Shown: piece after piece, positions 1-7,914 of the stretch | Layout of the letters: each line of letters begins with the position of its first letter | Numbering within the stretch: position 1 is the stretch's first letter | Source: Thermodesulfobacterium commune DSM 2178 | GTDB lineage: Bacteria > Desulfobacterota > Thermodesulfobacteria > Thermodesulfobacteriales > Thermodesulfobacteriaceae | Length of the DNA stretch: 32,000 bases | Assembly (NCBI RefSeq): GCF_000734015.1 | Contig: NZ_CP008796.1 | Location: 360,001-392,000, forward strand | Direction of reading: 5' to 3' | Position numbers and translations under genes: made by a program | Notes under the pieces: generated by a model | What the model saw: only the letters and a program-made list of their open reading frames with translations | Told to the model about the DNA's origin: nothing | Database searches by the model: none

Positions 1-546
1 ATCTTGATGGCAGAAAAGGCGGTAGGAAACGAACCTTTTGCTGTGTTATTAGGAGATGACCTGGTAGATGCAGATCCCCCCTGTCTCAAACAGATGTTAG
101 AAGTTTATCAAAATTTGTTTTCAAAAAGTTCTGAAATAAGCCTTATAGGAGTTGAAGAGGTAACCTGGGAAAATGTTTCTAAGTATGGGATTATCGATGG
201 CGAAAGGGTAGGGACCGACCTTATAAAGGTAAAAAAAGTGGTAGAAAAACCTAAACCAGAAGAAGCTCCTTCTAATTTTGCTATCATAGGACGTTATATT
301 TTAAATCCTATAGTGTTTGATTATCTTAAAAGAATTCCTAAGGTCAACGGGGAATATCAGCTTACAGATGCTATTCAGCTTATGATAGATGCAGGACACG
401 AGGTATATGCCTATTTATTTAAAGGAAAAAGGTTTGATACAGGAAACAAAGAAGGTTTTTTCCAGACTATTCTTCATTACGCATGTAAAGACCCTAGGCT
501 TGAGGCAGTTTTAAGAAGTTTTTGCCAAGAACGCTTCGGTTTTTGA
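1..546 (+). CDS. galU: UTP-glucose-1-phosphate uridylyltransferase (GalU), C-terminal ~180 aa; the 5' end lies upstream of the window
   Basis: Frame is open from nt 1. Translation carries GalU hallmarks (EPFAVLLGDDL, VEKPKPEEAPSNFAIIGRYIL, NGEYQLTDAI). The TTG/ATG at 4-9 are internal codons rather than a real start. Confidence 0.85.
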   Translation: MLMAEKAVGNEPFAVLLGDDLVDADPPCLKQMLEVYQNLFSKSSEISLIGVEEVTWENVSKYGIIDGERVGTDLIKVKKVVEKPKPEEAPSNFAIIGRYILNPIVFDYLKRIPKVNGEYQLTDAIQLMIDAGHEVYAYLFKGKRFDTGNKEGFFQTILHYACKDPRLEAVLRSFCQERFGF

Positions 547-568
547 GATAAAAAATTTTAAACCTTAA

Positions 569-2926
569 ATGTATCTTGTTGAGGTAGTCCTTCCTTTACC
601 TTTACATCAAACTTTTTCTTACTTAAGTGACAGGTTCATCCTTCCTGGGGTAAGGTGTATTGTTCCTTTTAGAAACTCAAGGTTAATAGGGATTGTACTA
701 AACTGTGAGTTAGTTGAGGGGAACCTCATCGATAATTCTCCTTTTACTTACAAAGAAATAGAAGAAGTAATAGACAAAGAACCTATCGTGCCTCCCAAGA
801 TGTTTCCTTTTTTTGAATGGGTTGCAAATTATTATCTATGTGCTTTAGGTTTGGTTTACAAAATTGCCCTTCCCTCTGGGATCTTTAGTCTTCCTAAAAA
901 ACGAATTTTTCTTACCTCACAAGGAAAAGAGGCTTTGAAAAAAGGAGATCTTCCTGAGGTTTTTTCTTTGATAAAAACAAAAGGATATGAGTTTAAGAGT
1001 TTTCTTAGAAAGACCAAACTTTCTTCTAAAGAATTGCAGAAATGGAAAAAACAAGGATTGATAGAAATTCAGTACTATTTTCCAGAAGTAAAAATTCCCA
1101 CTGAAGTTTTTATTAAATTAAAGCCTAGTCTGTCAGAAGAAGTTATAGAAAAAAACGAAATATTACGTTATATCAATAGATTAAAAGAAGTTCCTGAGAA
1201 AATTTTAAAAAATCTTTTTTCTTCTAAAGAGGTAAACAAGTTAATCAAGAAAGGGTTTTTGGAGCGGGTAGAGTATTTGAAAATGAGAAAGATTCCTATG
1301 TTTATGTCTGTTCCAGAAAAGTATGTTTTGACTCCTTTACAGAGAAGAGTTTTTTTAAACATTAAGGAAAGACTTGATAAAGGGGGTTTTTATCCTATTT
1401 TGCTTTTTGGGGTTACAGGGAGTGGTAAGTCTTTAATATATTTAGAGGCTATAAAGGAGGTCTTAAATCAGGGTAAAAAAGTCTTAGTTCTGGTTCCTGA
1501 GATCGCGTTAACCACTTATATGGAAATGTTGTTGCTTAAGCATTTCAAAACAGAGATAGCGGTTCTTCATAGTGGTCTTTCAGCAGGAGAAAGATTTAGA
1601 GAGTGGCAAAGAATTGTTAAGGGTGAGGTTAAAATCGTGGTAGGAGCAAGGTCTGCTATTTTTGCTCCTATAGAAGGATTGGGATTGATAGTAGTGGATG
1701 AAGAGCATGATCCTTCTTATAAAGAGGAGACTCTTCCCTGTAAATATAATGCGAGAGACCTTGCTTTGGTAAGAGGGAGCTTAGAAAACATACCGGTAAT
1801 TTTAGGTTCAGCTACCCCAAGCATAAAAACTTTTTACAAGGCTGTTGAAGGAAAATATGACCTTTTGGTTCTAAAAGAACGTCCTTATACACAACTTCCA
1901 GAGGTTCGTCTTATAAAAAATCCAGGTTTTAAGCTGATTACTTCATCTTTAAAAAAGGCTATAGATGAGGAAATTGCCAAAGGAAAATCGGTATTTTTAT
2001 ACCTTAACCGGAGAGGATATGCCCCTTTGGTTAGGTGCGAAGATTGTCATCATCTTTGGGAATGTCCTAATTGTGGTATTCCTTTAACTTATCATAAAGA
2101 AGAAGATAGCCTTTTATGTCATTATTGTGGTTTTGAATTCACTAAAACTTTAGTCTGTCCTGTTTGTAAAGGGACTAACTTAAAGTTTTATCGTGCAGGA
2201 ACAGAAAGGGTGGAAGAAGAGTTAAGAAAGATTTTTCCAGAAGTAGAGATAATACGATTAGATAGGGATAGTATCAATACAGAAAAAAAGTTTTTAAAAA
2301 TCATGGAAAAAATTTACCAACCTATTCCCAAAATTATCGTAGGTACCCAAATGGGGGTTCATGGGCACAACTTTCCAGGGGTAAGTTTAGTAGGAGTTTT
2401 AAGGGCAGAGGAGGGCTTGTTTATTCCTTCTTATAAAGCTGCAGAAAGAACATTCCATCTCCTTACCCAGGCAGCAGGTCGGGCTGGAAGAAAGACCGAA
2501 AGAGGTAAGGTTTTTTTCCAAACCTCTTTAGAGGAACACTATGTTATAAAGTATGCCTTAACCCAGGATTACGAAAGTTTTTATAAAGAGGAAATAGCCT
2601 TAAGGAAGGCTTTTTTGTTTCCTCCTTTTGTAAGGCTAACAGTTATAAGAGTAGAGGGTATAAAAGAAGAAATAGTAAAGCAAGAAAGTATTAAAGCTAA
2701 AGAATTTTTAGAAAAAATTATAGAGGACGAAGGATTAGAAGGGATTTGGGTGATAGGCCCCTCTCCTTGTCCTTTTAGAAAGTTAAAAGGTTTTTATCGG
2801 TGGCATATTCTTATCAAGTCAGAGAGTTATAAAAAAATTAACCAAGTTTTAAGAAGTTTTTTGGGTAAGTTTAGGGTAAAAGGTTTAAAAATAACCTACG
2901 ATATAGACCCAGAAGACCTTTTATAA
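569..2926 (+). CDS. priA: Primosomal protein N' / replication restart helicase PriA
   Basis: 785 aa. Walker A GVTGSGKS, DExH box VVDEEHD, and the PriA-specific Cys-rich zinc module CEDC..CPNC..CHYC..CPVC inserted in the helicase core. Confidence 0.9.
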   Translation: MYLVEVVLPLPLHQTFSYLSDRFILPGVRCIVPFRNSRLIGIVLNCELVEGNLIDNSPFTYKEIEEVIDKEPIVPPKMFPFFEWVANYYLCALGLVYKIALPSGIFSLPKKRIFLTSQGKEALKKGDLPEVFSLIKTKGYEFKSFLRKTKLSSKELQKWKKQGLIEIQYYFPEVKIPTEVFIKLKPSLSEEVIEKNEILRYINRLKEVPEKILKNLFSSKEVNKLIKKGFLERVEYLKMRKIPMFMSVPEKYVLTPLQRRVFLNIKERLDKGGFYPILLFGVTGSGKSLIYLEAIKEVLNQGKKVLVLVPEIALTTYMEMLLLKHFKTEIAVLHSGLSAGERFREWQRIVKGEVKIVVGARSAIFAPIEGLGLIVVDEEHDPSYKEETLPCKYNARDLALVRGSLENIPVILGSATPSIKTFYKAVEGKYDLLVLKERPYTQLPEVRLIKNPGFKLITSSLKKAIDEEIAKGKSVFLYLNRRGYAPLVRCEDCHHLWECPNCGIPLTYHKEEDSLLCHYCGFEFTKTLVCPVCKGTNLKFYRAGTERVEEELRKIFPEVEIIRLDRDSINTEKKFLKIMEKIYQPIPKIIVGTQMGVHGHNFPGVSLVGVLRAEEGLFIPSYKAAERTFHLLTQAAGRAGRKTERGKVFFQTSLEEHYVIKYALTQDYESFYKEEIALRKAFLFPPFVRLTVIRVEGIKEEIVKQESIKAKEFLEKIIEDEGLEGIWVIGPSPCPFRKLKGFYRWHILIKSESYKKINQVLRSFLGKFRVKGLKITYDIDPEDLL

Positions 2927-3033
2927 AGTAAATGTAACATATACATAGGTAGTTATGTCTAAAATTTAAAAACAAGATAAGTAAAAAAGATTAGGTATAT
3001 AGTTTTTCAATGAAAATTTGACGGAGGAGGTCT

Positions 3034-3345
3034 ATGAAAATTCTTATTATTATCACCAGTAGCGATCCTGAAATTATATACCATGCTATGAGGTTAGCAA
3101 ATGTTGCTTCTCAAAAAGGAGAGGAAGTTTCGGTTTTTATGTTAGGAAAAGCTGTTTTATTTGAAAAGCTTTCTAACGAGCAGTTTAACATAATGGAACA
3201 AATAAATACTTTTCAAGGAGATTTTTATGCCTGAGGTGTATGTTTAAAGGCTCATGGGCTTGAGCCTTCTTCCACTTGTCCAGTAGCCTTTATGGTAGAT
3301 CTTTATGAGCTTGTTAAAGAGGCAGATAAAGTTTTAACTTTTTAA
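3034..3345 (+). CDS. DsrE-like small selenoprotein (~103 aa) with in-frame UGA (Sec) at 3232-3234. The ORF track shows only the first 66 aa.
   Basis: Strong RBS GGAGGAGG sits 5 nt before the ATG. The frame stays open 36 codons past the TGA, to TAA 3343-3345. The junction reads FYA-U-GVC-LKAHGL, a UxxC redox motif at the position of the conserved Cys in DsrE/DsrF-like proteins. The N-terminus MKILIIITS...RLANVA..G.EV.VFMLG.AV is typical of the DsrE fold. A hairpin follows the TGA by 13 nt. Confidence 0.75.
3247..3268 (+). promoter_or_regulatory. Candidate bacterial SECIS hairpin for the UGA at 3232
   Basis: Perfect 8-bp stem aaggctca (3247-3254) / tgagcctt (3261-3268) with a 6-nt G-rich loop tgggct. 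The loop lies about 23-29 nt from the U of UGA, comparable to the E. coli fdhF SECIS geometry. Confidence 0.6.
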
Positions 3346-3372
3346 AAATAAAAACCAAAACTATAGATAAGG

Positions 3373-3402
3373 TTTACATTTTTTAAAAAAGACATATATT
3401 AT
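3373..3402 (+). promoter_or_regulatory. Candidate sigma70-type promoter for the ClpX-like gene
   Basis: TTTACA (3373-3378), 17-18 nt spacer, ATATTA/TATTAT (3396-3402). The -10 ends only ~10 nt before ATG 3413 and no Shine-Dalgarno lies between. Confidence 0.3.
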
Positions 3403-3412
3403 AAAAGTTGAT

Positions 3413-5026
3413 ATGATAAAAACTTCAAAGGTCAAGATAGAAAAACTGTCTTCTGAGCGGTTTTCTTCAGTATATCAATTTGACCTTAAACCTCTTGAGT
3501 TGGAAAGTTTTTTAGACGAATATATAGTAGGACAAAGAGAGGCTAAGGCGATCATTGCTACCAAGATATGTACCCACTTTCAGAAAATTAAACATTATGT
3601 TTTAAAGAGAAATGAGGATTTTGATTTTGTGAAAAACAACCTTCTTATCATAGGACCTACTGGAGTTGGTAAAACCTATATGATAAAGTTAATAGCCAAG
3701 AAAATAGGAGTTCCTTTTGTAAAAGGGGATGCAACCAAGTTTAGCGAGACAGGTTATGTGGGAGGTGATATAGAAGATTTAATTAGAGAACTTTATTGGG
3801 AAGCAGAAGGAGATCTTGAGAAAGCCCATTATGGAATGATTTTTTTAGACGAGATAGACAAGATAGCCTCTAGCGGAGAAACTATAGGACCAGACGTTTC
3901 TCGTACAGGAGTACAAAGGGCTTTGTTAAAACCTTTAGAGGAAACAACGGTAGAGATAAAATTCCCACCTGAGGCAGGTTCTGGGTTTGATCGTAAAGAT
4001 ATTTTTGATAAAACTCGTAAAAGAAAGATAATTCTAAACACTAAGCATGTTCTTTTTGTAGCGAGTGGTGCTTTCCAGGGTTTAGAAGATATCATTAAAA
4101 AAAGGCTAAAAAAACAAAATATGGGTTTTCTTTCTGAAATAGAAGATAGATTAGAACAAAAATTAAACTATTTAAAATTTGTCTCACCAGAAGACCTTGT
4201 GGTTTATGGTTTTGAAAGAGAGTTTGTAGGGAGATTCCCTGTTATTGTTGTATTTGATCCTCTTTCTGAGGAAGATCTTTTTGAAATTCTTGCGAATCCT
4301 AATAGTCCTATGGTTTTAAACAAAAGAAAAGATTTTAACGTTTATGGAATAACCTTAGCTTTTTCTAATGGGGCTTTAAGAGAAATTGCCAAAGTTAGTG
4401 CTAAAGAAAATACCGGGGCTAGAGCCTTGGTGATGGTATTGGAGAGAGTTTTAACCCCATATGAAAGACTCTTACCTTCTAAAGGGTTTAAACATCTTGG
4501 GGTAACTGAAGAGATGGTAAAAGACCCTGAAGGGGTCCTTCAAGCTATGTTAAACTCTCCTAAAAGTGACCGTTGGAAAGAAATCTTTAGGGCGTGTCTT
4601 TTAGAGGAAGAAGAAAGGTTTAAACGTTATCTGAATTCAAAGGGTATTTTTAAATCCGAAAGTTCTTTCGAGTTAACGCCTAAAAGGGTTGAATTGCTTT
4701 TTGATTTTTACTTAAACGAGGCTATTGAACTGACCAAAGGGTGGGAAAAACTTTGTTATGTATGGCAACAAGTTAAAAATTATGAAAAATTTTTCGAAAA
4801 TAGATATAATTTAAAGATTTGCTTTTCAGATGATGCGATAGACTTCATCATGGAAAGAGCTATAAAAAAGGAAACCGGTGTTTTTAGTATTTGTGAAAAA
4901 CTTATGTCTCGTTTAAAAGATGAGCTATTTTATTTAAAGGATGTTTGGGAGATAAAAGAAATTACCATAACCTCAGTTGCTTTTAAAAATCCAGAAAGAC
5001 TTTATAAAGAAACCCTAAAAAATTAA
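3413..5026 (+). CDS. ClpX-family AAA+ unfoldase paralog lacking the N-terminal C4 zinc-finger domain, with a ~160-aa C-terminal extension
   Basis: Collinear with ClpX: Walker A GPTGVGKT, pore-1 loop GYVG, Walker B IFLDEIDK, MGF in place of the IGF loop, Arg-finger region EFVGRFP, sensor-2 TGARAL. There are no Cys pairs in the first 60 aa. The extra tail spans roughly 4535-5023. Confidence 0.85.
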   Translation: MIKTSKVKIEKLSSERFSSVYQFDLKPLELESFLDEYIVGQREAKAIIATKICTHFQKIKHYVLKRNEDFDFVKNNLLIIGPTGVGKTYMIKLIAKKIGVPFVKGDATKFSETGYVGGDIEDLIRELYWEAEGDLEKAHYGMIFLDEIDKIASSGETIGPDVSRTGVQRALLKPLEETTVEIKFPPEAGSGFDRKDIFDKTRKRKIILNTKHVLFVASGAFQGLEDIIKKRLKKQNMGFLSEIEDRLEQKLNYLKFVSPEDLVVYGFEREFVGRFPVIVVFDPLSEEDLFEILANPNSPMVLNKRKDFNVYGITLAFSNGALREIAKVSAKENTGARALVMVLERVLTPYERLLPSKGFKHLGVTEEMVKDPEGVLQAMLNSPKSDRWKEIFRACLLEEEERFKRYLNSKGIFKSESSFELTPKRVELLFDFYLNEAIELTKGWEKLCYVWQQVKNYEKFFENRYNLKICFSDDAIDFIMERAIKKETGVFSICEKLMSRLKDELFYLKDVWEIKEITITSVAFKNPERLYKETLKN

Positions 5027-5039
5027 AGGGTATGGTTAT

Positions 5040-5396
5040 ATGATTTACTTAGCCCTTTCGGAAGATTTGTTTAAGAAGTTAAAAGAGGCTTTAGAAAAAC
5101 ATAAAATTAGATATAAATTAATAGAAGACGGAGAGACCCTACTTAAATTAGCTAAAAAAGAAAAACCTAAGTTAATTATTTTGGAAAAAGATATCCCTTT
5201 GTTAGATGGATTTGCTACGACTTTACTTTTGAAGTCTAACCCAGAAACTCAAACCATACCTATAGTGGGGGTTTGTAAAGTTCCGTTAAAAGAAGAAGAA
5301 CATAGGGCTAAAGATTGTGGTTGTGATGATATTTTGGTTTATCCTTTTAAAGAAGAGGAATTTTTAAACAAAGTTTTAAAGTACATAAAAAAGTAG
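5040..5396 (+). CDS. Stand-alone receiver-like (CheY-fold) domain protein; atypical or pseudo-receiver
   Basis: 118 aa with receiver-domain layout. KLIILEKDIPLLDG aligns to the canonical DxxxxD-x-x-MP-x-x-DG segment with Glu at the phospho-acceptor position. IPIVGVC has Cys where the conserved Thr/Ser sits. DDILVYPF has Tyr where the conserved Lys sits. Confidence 0.7.
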   Translation: MIYLALSEDLFKKLKEALEKHKIRYKLIEDGETLLKLAKKEKPKLIILEKDIPLLDGFATTLLLKSNPETQTIPIVGVCKVPLKEEEHRAKDCGCDDILVYPFKEEEFLNKVLKYIKK

Positions 5397-5409
5397 AGGT
5401 AGAAAAGTA

Positions 5410-6594
5410 ATGATAGGAATTTCTAAACTTTACTGTGGAACGATAGAGGCTTCAGACCCGTTAAGGTATGGAAGGCACTCGAAAAACCTTCCATCCCATC
5501 TTCTTCAATTTTCAGCAGATAAAAAACCAGTGGTAGTGTGGAACGTAACCAAGGCTTGTAATCTTAGGTGTATTCACTGTTATGCTAAGGCAGACAACAA
5601 GCCCCATCCAGAAGAACTTACAACTCAAGAAGGCATGGCTTTGCTGGAAGATTTAGCTCAATTTGGAGTGCCTGTGGTTTTATTTTCTGGAGGAGAGCCT
5701 TTGGTAAGGTCAGATATTTTGGATTTGATAAGAAAGGCTGTAGAGTTAGGAATGAGGGCTGTGCTTTCTACCAACGGAGTTTTGATAGATGAACCTTTAG
5801 CCAAGGAACTTAAAAAAATAGGGCTTTCTTATGTAGGAATTAGCCTTGATGGGTGGAAGGAAGTACATGATAGGTTTAGAGGAGTAAAAGGGTGTTTTGA
5901 TAAAGTTATTTCTGCTATAGAAAACTGTAAGAAAGAAGGAATAAAAGTAGGTTTAAGATTTACAATTAATAAACTTAATGCCCAGGAAATTCCCAAGGTG
6001 TTTGATTTGGTTGAGGAACTTTCTATTCCAAGAATATGTTTTTATCATTTAGTATATGCCGGAAGAGGTAGCTCTTTGATTGATATGGATTTAGACCATG
6101 AGGAAACTCGATATTGGGTAGACTACATCATAGACCGCACCAAAGAATTACATGATAAGGGACATAAAGTAGAAGTGTTAACCGTAGATAATCATGCCGA
6201 TGGTCCTTATCTATATCTTAGGATGAAAAGAGAAGGAAATCCCAGGGCAGAGGAGGTCTATGAACTTCTTAAGATGAATGGAGGTAACAACAGTGGTGTG
6301 GGTATAGGATGTATTTCCTGGGACGGAGAAGTTCATGCAGACCAGTTTTGGAGGCACTATTCTTTTGGTAACGTAAGAAAAAGACCTTTTAGTCAGATCT
6401 GGACAGATCTTTCAGATCCGTTGATGGCTAAACTTAAAGAGAAAAAGAAATATGTTAAGGGAAGATGTGCTGCTTGCAAGTTTTTGGAAGTATGTGGTGG
6501 AAACTTTAGGGTGAGGGCAGAGGCCGTTACAGGAGATGTTTGGGCCCCTGACCCAGCTTGTTATTTGACTGACGAAGAGATAGGTATAGCTTAA
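5410..6594 (+). CDS. Radical SAM / SPASM-twitch enzyme of the NirJ/AhbC/AhbD (alternative heme or heme d1 biosynthesis) type
   Basis: CNLRCIHCY (CX3CX2C) plus the GGEPL SAM-binding motif. The C-terminal auxiliary-cluster motif CAACKFLEVC...C has roughly CX2CX5CX21C spacing. The N-terminal LYCG..DPLRYG...LPSHLLQFS leader resembles NirJ/Ahb-type enzymes as I recall them. The subfamily is not resolvable by eye. Confidence 0.8.
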   Translation: MIGISKLYCGTIEASDPLRYGRHSKNLPSHLLQFSADKKPVVVWNVTKACNLRCIHCYAKADNKPHPEELTTQEGMALLEDLAQFGVPVVLFSGGEPLVRSDILDLIRKAVELGMRAVLSTNGVLIDEPLAKELKKIGLSYVGISLDGWKEVHDRFRGVKGCFDKVISAIENCKKEGIKVGLRFTINKLNAQEIPKVFDLVEELSIPRICFYHLVYAGRGSSLIDMDLDHEETRYWVDYIIDRTKELHDKGHKVEVLTVDNHADGPYLYLRMKREGNPRAEEVYELLKMNGGNNSGVGIGCISWDGEVHADQFWRHYSFGNVRKRPFSQIWTDLSDPLMAKLKEKKKYVKGRCAACKFLEVCGGNFRVRAEAVTGDVWAPDPACYLTDEEIGIA

Positions 6595-6615
6595 AAATCT
6601 ACGAAGGAGACCTTT

Positions 6616-7206
6616 ATGAATAAGATAGAAAGAGCTCTGATAAGCGTTACAGATAAAAAGGGAGTAGTGGAGTTAGCTAAAGAGCTTGAAAGCTTAGGTA
6701 TAGAAATCATCTCTACCGGTGGTACAGCCAAGGTTTTGAGAGAAGCTGGGGTTAAAGTGGTAGAGATTAACGAAGTTACAGGTTTTCCTGAAATATTAGA
6801 AGGAAGAGTAAAAACGTTACACCCACATATTCATGGAGGAATTCTTTTTAAAAGAGATAACCCAGAGCATGTAGAAACTATCAAAAAACTTCAGATAAAA
6901 CCTATAGACTTGGTAGTGGTAAACCTTTATGCCTTTGAAAAAGTTGTAGAAAAAGGAGGAGACTTAGAAGAGGCTATAGAAAACATAGACATAGGAGGTC
7001 CTACTTTACTTAGGGCTTCTGCCAAAAATTTTAAATATGTTACGGTAGTGGTAGACCCAGAAGATTATGAAAAGGTTCTTGAAGAAATAAGAACTTATGG
7101 TAACACCACCCTTAAAACCAGATTTGAGCTTGCTAAGAAGGTGTTTGCTTTAACCAGTCGTTATGATAGAACCATCCTTGATTACCTTTCAAGGTTTAGT
7201 GTATAA
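6616..7206 (+). CDS. purH: IMP cyclohydrolase: stand-alone N-terminal (MGS-like) domain of PurH, without the AICAR formyltransferase domain
   Basis: 196 aa that closely follow the PurH N-terminal consensus as I recall it: [58 protein letters not shown]. The ORF stops at the domain boundary and aroD starts 4 nt later. Confidence 0.85.
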   Translation: MNKIERALISVTDKKGVVELAKELESLGIEIISTGGTAKVLREAGVKVVEINEVTGFPEILEGRVKTLHPHIHGGILFKRDNPEHVETIKKLQIKPIDLVVVNLYAFEKVVEKGGDLEEAIENIDIGGPTLLRASAKNFKYVTVVVDPEDYEKVLEEIRTYGNTTLKTRFELAKKVFALTSRYDRTILDYLSRFSV

Positions 7207-7209
7207 AAT

Positions 7210-7914
7210 ATGTTTTGCGTTTCTTTAGCTAAACCAAACATTAGTCAAGTTTGCGAACAGATAGAAAAATTTTCAGAAATAACAGACCTTTTTGAAATAA
7301 GAATTGATAGTTTAGAAAATCTTTCAAAAGATGAAATTCTAAAAGTTTTTTCCTATCCCTTTAGGTTTATCTTTACTTTAAGAACTTATCGAGAAGGGGG
7401 AAAAGCACAGCTTTCCCCTCAGTCTTATATAGATTGGATTCTATGGGCCTTACAACAACCTTTTTATCTGGTAGATGTAGAATGGCGTTATTTTAAGAGA
7501 TATTATGAAAAATTTAATTTAACTACTTCTTTTTATGATAAATATGATAAAATTTTAGTTTCCTATCATAACTTTAACCGAACCCCTGAAAAGGGGTATC
7601 TAAAGAGGATGTTACGTGAGATGGGGGAGAAAGGAGTTAAAAAGGCCAAGATTGTGACCATGGCTAAGGTTTTTGAAGACAGTTTAAGACTTTTAGACGT
7701 AATAAGATTTGCCAAGGAGTTAGGAATAGAACTTATAACCTTTGGTATGGGAGAGGCCGGGAGGTTAAGTCGGGTGTTATGTTTACTTGCTGGATCACCT
7801 TTTACTTATGTAGCACCTTCTAAGGAAGAGGCAGTAGCACCTGGACAAATCGACCTTTTAACTGCTAAAACTATATACTCTAACCTTTTAGACCATTTAC
7901 CTAAACCTTCTTGA
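7210..7914 (+). CDS. aroD: 3-dehydroquinate dehydratase, type I
   Basis: 234 aa. FEIRIDSL, the SYHNF..TP motif with the catalytic-His region, and a K(A)KIVTMA segment consistent with the Schiff-base Lys region. It sits at the head of aroE-aroA-aroK. Confidence 0.8.
   Translation: MFCVSLAKPNISQVCEQIEKFSEITDLFEIRIDSLENLSKDEILKVFSYPFRFIFTLRTYREGGKAQLSPQSYIDWILWALQQPFYLVDVEWRYFKRYYEKFNLTTSFYDKYDKILVSYHNFNRTPEKGYLKRMLREMGEKGVKKAKIVTMAKVFEDSLRLLDVIRFAKELGIELITFGMGEAGRLSRVLCLLAGSPFTYVAPSKEEAVAPGQIDLLTAKTIYSNLLDHLPKPS

Noticed and set aside
2927-3033. Spacer upstream of the selenoprotein gene, checked for a riboswitch, small RNA or terminator after priA.
   Set aside because: I found only a 5-bp acata/tatgt repeat and no conserved-looking structure or U-tract. 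The spacer is too short and AT-rich to support a call.
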